Assembly (NCBI RefSeq): GCF_000281045.1
Contig: NW_008246071.1
Location: forward strand, 1,023,353-1,053,137
From: Saprolegnia diclina VS20
Lineage: Eukaryota
DNA: 29,785 nt
Direction of reading: 5' to 3'
This document shows, in pieces, positions 23,464-29,785 of the stretch. The notes under the pieces are model-generated. The model saw only the letters and a program-made list of their open reading frames with translations. It ran no database searches and was not told the origin of the DNA. Each line of letters starts with the position of its first letter. Position 1 is the stretch's first letter. The translations under genes and the position numbers were made by a program.

Positions 23464-25116
23464 ATGCAGCATCCCGCGGAGGAGCGCTTGTCGTACGTCT
23501 CGTCGCCGACGTCCAAGCAAGATGCGTACGGCGTCATGGACACGCCGCTCGGACTCGAGAATGGCGCGCTGCGGGCAGGTCCACCCCCCGACTACAAGAG
23601 CGCCGAGGTACTCGGGCTCCTCGCACAGTACGTTGCCGTCGGGCTGCTCTATGGCGCGATGCCCAACTTGCTCTACCCACTCTTCGTCGGCTACTTCCAC
23701 CTCACGGGCAACCAATTCAACTCGGCCAAGGTGCTCATCGGTCTTGGCTGGTCGCTCAAGGCGTTTGTCGGTATCCTCTCCGACTGCGTCCCGATCGTGG
23801 GCTACCGGCGCAAGCCGTACATGCTCATCGGATGGACGTCCTGCCTCGCCTCGATGCTCGTCCTCGCCACCATGGACATGGGCGACCCGTTCTTTCGCGA
23901 TGCATCGTCGAGTCGCGGGCCCATCAACACGACCAACATCAACCCGCACGCGGCGACCACCGGCGGTATCGTCGTTATCCTCTGTGCGTGGGGCACTCTC
24001 TCGTACGTCATCTCGGACGTCCCGGCCGACGCGCTCGTCGTCGAGCTCGCGCAGCGGGAGCCGGAAGCGATCCGCGGTCGCATGCAGTCGCTCATCTACC
24101 TCACGCGGACAATCGCGTCGTGCATTTCAACGGCGCTGATTGGGTTTTGCCTCAACTCGCCGCGCTTTGCCGGCTCGTATTCGTGGGACATGGGTGCCAA
24201 CACCATGTTCATGCTGCTTGCGATTACATCCGGCGCGATGCTCCCGATCACGTACCTCTTTGTGCTCGAGACACCATCGCCGCGCGTCAATTTGAAGCAG
24301 TACGTGCTGCAATTTTGGGACTTGGTCCAGAAGCGCGCCACGTGGCAGATCATGCTCTTCAGCTTTCTCTTCAACCTCCTCAACGCCGGCGTGACGTCGA
24401 CCGCCGCGCCGTACGTCATGTACGAATGGGCTAAAGTCGAGAATGTCAACACCCAGCTCACCGGTATCCTCGGCAACTTCATCTTTGCCGGTGTCCTCGG
24501 CTTCATGGGCAAGTACGGCACGCTCTGGAACTGGAAAATCGTGCTCGTGACGACGACGCTCAGCGCCAACGTCATCGATGCTGTCGTGCAGTTCTGCACC
24601 ATCTACGATCTTGTCCGCAACCAGTGGTTTTACATTGGCGTCCCGCTGGCCGAGAATTTACCGTACGCGATGCAGTTCATTGTCACGACGTTTGTCATTG
24701 TCGAGCTCGCTGAAGTCGGCAACGAAGGCGTCGTGTACGGCCTCCTCACAACGGTCTCGAACCTCCCCGCGGCCTTTGGCCCGGTCGTGGCTAATGTCGT
24801 CTTTGGCTCGTTTGACGTGAGCGCTGAAGCCATTGCCGCCGACTCGCCGACGACGCGCAACCAAGTCGCTGCCACGTACATCATTTACTACGCCACGACG
24901 GTCCTTGCGTGCTTTTGCGTCGTGCTGCTGCCGAGCCAAAAGTCCGAGCTCCACGAACTCCAAGTCACGAGCGGCAAGTACCCGCGCGTCGGCGGCGCCG
25001 TGCTTGGCTTTTGTTGCCTTGTGCTGCTCTACTCGATTGTGGCGAGTCTCCTCTCCATGTTCGAGTCGACCATGTGCATGGTCATTGCCGGCGGCAAGGG
25101 CTGCCATGCTGCATAA
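23464..25116 (+). CDS. Folate-biopterin transporter (BT1/FBT family, MFS), ~550 aa, intronless
   Basis: Likely ATG at 23464 (MQHPAEERLSY). Motifs LENGALRAG, WSLKAFVGILSDCVPIVGYRRKPYMLIGW, DVPADALVVELAQREP, GNEGVVYGLLTTVSNL; about 12 hydrophobic helices. Confidence 0.9.
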   Translation: MQHPAEERLSYVSSPTSKQDAYGVMDTPLGLENGALRAGPPPDYKSAEVLGLLAQYVAVGLLYGAMPNLLYPLFVGYFHLTGNQFNSAKVLIGLGWSLKAFVGILSDCVPIVGYRRKPYMLIGWTSCLASMLVLATMDMGDPFFRDASSSRGPINTTNINPHAATTGGIVVILCAWGTLSYVISDVPADALVVELAQREPEAIRGRMQSLIYLTRTIASCISTALIGFCLNSPRFAGSYSWDMGANTMFMLLAITSGAMLPITYLFVLETPSPRVNLKQYVLQFWDLVQKRATWQIMLFSFLFNLLNAGVTSTAAPYVMYEWAKVENVNTQLTGILGNFIFAGVLGFMGKYGTLWNWKIVLVTTTLSANVIDAVVQFCTIYDLVRNQWFYIGVPLAENLPYAMQFIVTTFVIVELAEVGNEGVVYGLLTTVSNLPAAFGPVVANVVFGSFDVSAEAIAADSPTTRNQVAATYIIYYATTVLACFCVVLLPSQKSELHELQVTSGKYPRVGGAVLGFCCLVLLYSIVASLLSMFESTMCMVIAGGKGCHAA

Positions 25117-25285
25117 TAGAACAACATAAACGGACTCGCTTTCCCTATTCAATCCGTCATTAGGGCCCCGTTGGCGCGTTGAGACTGCAAGCAGCTCGAC
25201 CCGTCAGTGGCCATAATCAGCTCTGTCCATTCAAGTGGGTTGTAGTGAGAGCCGAGGGTAGTACGATGGTGCAGGCCATCGTACA

Positions 25286-25350
25286 GTACCCATCCCGCGC
25301 CATATCCACCCCTTTCTGTACCCATCCCGCGCCATATCCACCCCTTTCTG
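25286..25350. repeat. Perfect 32-bp direct tandem duplication
   Basis: GTACCCATCCCGCGCCATATCCACCCCTTTCT at 25286-25317 and 25318-25349, plus one further G. Confidence 0.95.
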
Positions 25351-25478
25351 ACGTTGCAGCCAATGTTGTACCCTTTTATTTCATAGAAACCCTTTTTTGG
25401 CATGAATGTACTTCAAACAACCAGAACAGCAAGCCTATCATCGGCCGCAGTTGCCAATTGTCGCCGCTTCAGAGCAGC

Positions 25479-27564
25479 ATGCACAGCGTCCGCGACTGCC
25501 TTCGCGGGCTCCTTGTGCTTTCGTTCTCGTTCCTCCTCGTCTTCACCTCGTACAATGCCATCGAGGTATGGCGCCTTCCGTCTACCACCCGCCTCATGCT
25601 TATGTCGTGTCGTAGAACCTCGAGACGTCGATCATTCCTGGTCGCGTTGCGTCCTGCTGCAATGGCTCACCGTGGCGTACTAGTAGGCACGTGCGACGGC
25701 TGCGCGGTCTCGCTGTCCGACGCCGTGTGCCAGCTCGGTGACGTGTGCGCGGCCAAGGTTCAGTTCTCTTGCGACGTGGCGTGCGAGGCGCCGTTTGAGG
25801 AGTGCAAATGTACACCGGCGCTTAATCGTGGCGCGCATGTGACCTCTTGTACTAGCCACGCTGGGCAGCACGACACTGGGCGTCATCTACCTCGTCTTTA
25901 TGGCGGCGTCGTTCTTTGGGCCTGTCATCCCGAGTACGATATGTGAATTCAGGTGGGCAGCCGGCTCACGGATTTGTGGCATAGATCTCATTGGCGAAAA
26001 ACTCAGCTTGGTCGGCAGCTCAGCGTGCTAGTACGCTCTTTGATCTGCTTTTTGCTATGGAGACGACATCGGAGACTGATTCCATTGGTGTAGCGGACTG
26101 TTTGCGGTCGCCAACATCGTCGTGGCGCTCAACCCGACAGCGACGACGCTGCACTGGTGGGTCCTCATTCCAGCCTCGGCGCTCATTGGGTTTGCGGCCT
26201 CGGTGCTCTGGGTCTGCAACGTAAGACCCTATTCTCATCGTGTGGTGTATCGTTCTGGCTTGGGGTAGGGGAGCTACCTCACGCGTCTCAGTGTCTACTA
26301 CGCCCAATTCAAGCACCTTCCGGAAACAAGCTCGATGGGGTTTATGAACGGTGCGTCCCTCATTGTCGATTGTACATGTACCATTTTTGACATCAGGCAC
26401 GTTCTTTGCCATCTTCAAGGTGAGCCAGCTCACGGGCAACGTCTTGTCGTCGTATGTGCTTGGCTCGCTGCAGTGGTGCGTCCCATTTACAGCGGTCTAA
26501 CACAGAATTCAACTGGATATTTCAGGTCCACGGCGTCGCTCTTCACGCTGTATGCGACGCTCTCGTTCCTTGGCACGTTTCTCCTGTGCTTCCTCGAGCC
26601 GCTGCACAAGGTACCGATCCTTCCTTCTCTTGGCAGTTGGAGCGAGCAATGCTTGATGCTTAGCCCATGGCGCTGCCCCACGAGACGTCCAAGCTGCTGC
26701 CGGTAGCATCGCCATCGTCGTCGTCGCTCTCGATCCGAGCTGTCCTTGCCTTGGCCAAAGACCCGTGCGTGCATTGCTTGCATTCGTCCAATACTGACAC
26801 GACAGTATGCTGCTAGGCGCATGGTCGTGCTTGCGCCGCTCATGCTCTTCAACGGCATCCAGCAAGGCTTTACGTCGTCCGAATTCACGACCAACTTTAT
26901 TCGCGAGTCGCTCGGCGAAGCGTCGATCGGCTACGTCATGGCTGTCTTTGGCGCGACCAACGTTCTCTTTTCGATTGGCATTGGACGGCTTGCAGACAAG
27001 TTGTCCTTGTTTCCTGATATGTCGGAGGGTCATGACGGGGTGTAGGGTCGGCACCATGTGGGCCCAAGTACTCGGCTGCACTGCCCAGGCTATTGTCTAT
27101 GGTCTCTGTCTCTGGGCGCCGATAGCCAAATGCGACGGCCAGTGGGCACTGATTCTATCGTCGGCGGTTTTGCTCAGCCTCGGCGATGCAGGTACTTGAT
27201 GCCTTCTCTAGACCGGTACTCATGTTTATGATGCTAGCGTCCTGCACCCTCGCCAACGGTTGGTTCTGCTTGATTCATTGATACATAAGGTCTGATCGCA
27301 CGTGTAGTTGTGCTTGGGCAAGAGTTTTCGGAAGATGCCATGACGGCGTTCTCGCTCTTTCAAGTGTATCACTCGGCGTCGGCGAGCTTGGTCTTCTTCT
27401 TGCTCAAGTACCTCAGGTACTAACTCTTGCATGTTGATCACGTTGATTTCTTACCGTCGCGATGTAGCTTGACGCTGCGCCTCTATGTGCTTTTGATCTC
27501 GGTCCTCCTGGCCGCAGGTTCGATCAGTTTCTACGCTCTGCGCTACCGCACTGTCGTCGTTTGA
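25479..27564 (+). CDS. UNC-93-like MFS membrane protein, ~462 aa, 15 exons
   Basis: Introns 25566-25615, 25641-25686, 25810-25855, 25934-25984, 26031-26093, 26221-26268, 26351-26396, 26476-26525, 26611-26663, 26765-26816, 27000-27045, 27192-27237, 27259-27307, 27417-27467; spliced length 1389 nt. Motifs SFLLVFTSYNAIENLETS, LGSTTLGVIY, ALIGFAASVLWVCNGSYLT, SQLTGN, PLMLFNGIQQGFTSSEFT. Confidence 0.88.
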
Positions 27565-27831
27565 GTCGACGCCCAATGTTCTTAAGAGCCACCATTATCC
27601 ATGCTCCAATTGTTAAACGCGACTTTTGCATTTGGTTTCTCATTCACATGGGCGCATCGCAAGGACTTTAGACAACATGGTCGTTTCCGCTAAACCCACC
27701 CCTCCCCTTTCCCTCGTGTAGCCTTGCTGTCGAGTATCATCTCGTAGCGGAAGATACCTTGTCGGTACGGCAAATGCTCGTCAATGCGTTATGAAAGAAT
27801 AAATGAGTTGATAATTACGATAGGTTACGGC

Positions 27832-29319
27832 TCAAGTTCGACACAAAAAGCTCAAAGTGACGGTTTGGAGCTGCCACTCGAGGTACCTTGTCGTCGCTTC
27901 GTGGCCTGCGACAGTCGACTGGTACAGGTCGTCCATGGCCTCGACGGCTTCGGCGTGCAAAGCGAGATCGGCGGTGTGCGCGGCGTCGGCGCGATCGAGC
28001 TCGGTTTGCAACCGCTGGACCTCAAGAGTATGTTGCTTCGCCATCTTGATTTCGCGCTGCGCCGATGCCTCCTCTGTAGCACGGAGGCGGCACTCCATCT
28101 CGTCACGGTCATCACGGACGCAGATCCACATCGCGGCGACTTTCGCCGCTTGGTTCAGGACGGTGCGGTGCAGCGCAAGCCGCATGCGCTTGCACTCGTC
28201 TTGTGCCAGGAGCAGCTGTGCCGCCACCGACTCGATCCCTTGTACTTGGCCCTGAAGCGCAGCTTGGCGCGCTGTGGTCTCGAGCTCCATCGCGTGCGCA
28301 GTGTGTATCTCGCGCACCGCTTGATCGTGTTCGAGGCAATGTCGGCGAACGACGTCGGCGGAAGCTCGGTGGACTTGAGCGAGATCGGCCTCGAGATCGG
28401 CCACCGCTTGCGCATGCAACTTCTCCGTTGCGCGACGCTTGCGCTGCTGCGCTGCCTTGGCCGCCGCATCACGGGCGACCAGAACTGATTGAAACATTGC
28501 CCGAAGCGCATTCGTCTCGCGCACCTGCCGCGCCATCGCATCGTCTTGCGCCGCCTTGTGCTTGGCCGCGAGCGCTGCAAGCTGCTGTTCGTGCTGCGCA
28601 GCCACGTCTTCAAGGGTCATTCCCGACAGCTTGCTGTTGCTTTGCAGCTGCTGGACCTTGGCGTCGCGTTGCGCGAGATTGAGGGCATCATTTGCCTTGT
28701 CAGATTGCAGCGAGTTCTTGGCATACGCAGAGTGCACGTCGTGCACCAGCTGGTGGCGCGTCGACTGCGAGTTCCCCAGCGCGGCCTCGGCGGCAACGCG
28801 CGTTGCCGAACAGCTTGCCTGTACTTGCTTGATATGGGCTTGATGCGCTGCATGCATCATCTGGAGCTCGTGGTCGTGGGCCAATGCGGCAGCGGCGGCC
28901 GCGTCGCGCGACGCACGGAGGCTGGCTTCGAGTGCCGTAATCTGCGCCGTCAGATATTGCACCGACTTCAGCGCACGGCCGTCGTCGCCACCAGAGCTGG
29001 TGGGACTGTTGCGCGCCGGCACATAATGCGAGATGCGCTCTTTCTTGAGTCGGTATGCCGCGTTTTGCTTCCAGTCATTGCACAGTGGCGCGTCCGGGGA
29101 GCAAGTGCGCCCCGCCTTTACAGAGCGGATTGGTGTCGTTCGAATCGGTGCCGAGGGTAGCGCTTGCGGCGGCGGCACGAACGTTGTACGACGTGCGTCG
29201 TGGGTAGTCGAAGGCGCTTGCCGAGTGGGCTTGCGCATGAGTGCGTCTTCCTCGTCCCATTTTCTCTGCGCGAGGACGGCCGCACGCTTCTGGTGGTACT
29301 GCGGGTCGTACAAGACCAT
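27832..29319 (-). CDS. Hypothetical coiled-coil protein, ~495 aa
   Basis: 533-codon ORF, likely ATG at 29319 (MVLYDPQYHQKR). Pro/Thr/Arg-rich N-terminus followed by long Ala/Gln/Glu/Leu/His-rich helical runs. No family recognised; the 3' end could involve an unseen intron. Confidence 0.65.
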   Translation of the reverse strand: MVLYDPQYHQKRAAVLAQRKWDEEDALMRKPTRQAPSTTHDARRTTFVPPPQALPSAPIRTTPIRSVKAGRTCSPDAPLCNDWKQNAAYRLKKERISHYVPARNSPTSSGGDDGRALKSVQYLTAQITALEASLRASRDAAAAAALAHDHELQMMHAAHQAHIKQVQASCSATRVAAEAALGNSQSTRHQLVHDVHSAYAKNSLQSDKANDALNLAQRDAKVQQLQSNSKLSGMTLEDVAAQHEQQLAALAAKHKAAQDDAMARQVRETNALRAMFQSVLVARDAAAKAAQQRKRRATEKLHAQAVADLEADLAQVHRASADVVRRHCLEHDQAVREIHTAHAMELETTARQAALQGQVQGIESVAAQLLLAQDECKRMRLALHRTVLNQAAKVAAMWICVRDDRDEMECRLRATEEASAQREIKMAKQHTLEVQRLQTELDRADAAHTADLALHAEAVEAMDDLYQSTVAGHEATTRYLEWQLQTVTLSFLCRT

Positions 29320-29785
29320 GGTGCTGAGAAAGTGAGTGTGAGGTTCTTCTCTCCGACCCACGTCGCGAGTCGATCGTATGGAGGTACTACTCTGCAGCGA
29401 GACTGGTTCGTACAGCAGTATCGTTGAGCACATCGATCGCGTAATGTCATTTCGCCCGCCGTTGGCTCGGTCTCCCTGGATGTGTACGAGTACGCGTCTA
29501 CGAGACTAAGGAGATTCGCGGTGCAGTGCAAATACGAAACGGGTCACTGTGTTCTCAACCTGTTTGCATAACCCCGTTGCAGGCCTCGAGGGACCACATG
29601 GAAACGTCATCTCATACCAGGATCTCCTACGACACCTCTGACATCAGAATGTCCCGAGGTGTCTTGAATGCTAAAGAATAGCAACGGTACTAGGATGCGT
29701 TTCGGTATCTCGTTTTACTGCGCCAACGTTATTAGCAATTATGTTTGATCAAACGACATGTTCTATTACGTACAATGACGCACAC

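Noticed and set aside
25286..25350. 32-bp repeat as a CRISPR array
   Set aside because: Two adjacent copies with no spacer, no cas genes, and a eukaryotic context.
27784..29160. + strand ORFs of 234 and 223 aa separated by a single TGA (possible readthrough or selenocysteine)
   Set aside because: Both are antisense shadows of the minus-strand coiled-coil gene, with no protein-family signal.

Overview
Eukaryotic, gene-dense window with GC-rich codons and very short spliceosomal introns (42-63 nt, nearly all ending TAG). Intron style, the promoter motif and gene content point to an oomycete, probably Saprolegniales (inference). I support nine protein-coding genes, in order: a stand-alone BPL_N/class I glutamine-amidotransferase-like gene (-); a divergent Ldh_2-family dehydrogenase ending in the peroxisomal signal SRL (+); an ES1/ElbB glyoxalase-like gene (+); a DUF1765-like protein (-); a complete 17-exon, ~4164-aa axonemal inner-arm dynein heavy chain (+); a 10-exon p25-alpha/EF-hand-like hypothetical gene (-); a folate-biopterin (BT1) transporter (+); a 15-exon UNC-93-like MFS protein (+); and a coiled-coil protein (-). 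Hand-built splice models for all five intron-containing genes give reading frames divisible by three. I saw no RNA genes, CRISPR arrays or mobile elements. The best candidate for something new is the compact three-enzyme group at 157-3630, especially the Ldh_2 protein that lacks the family's conserved histidines and carries a PTS1 signal. Family calls come from motif recognition only; no searches were run.
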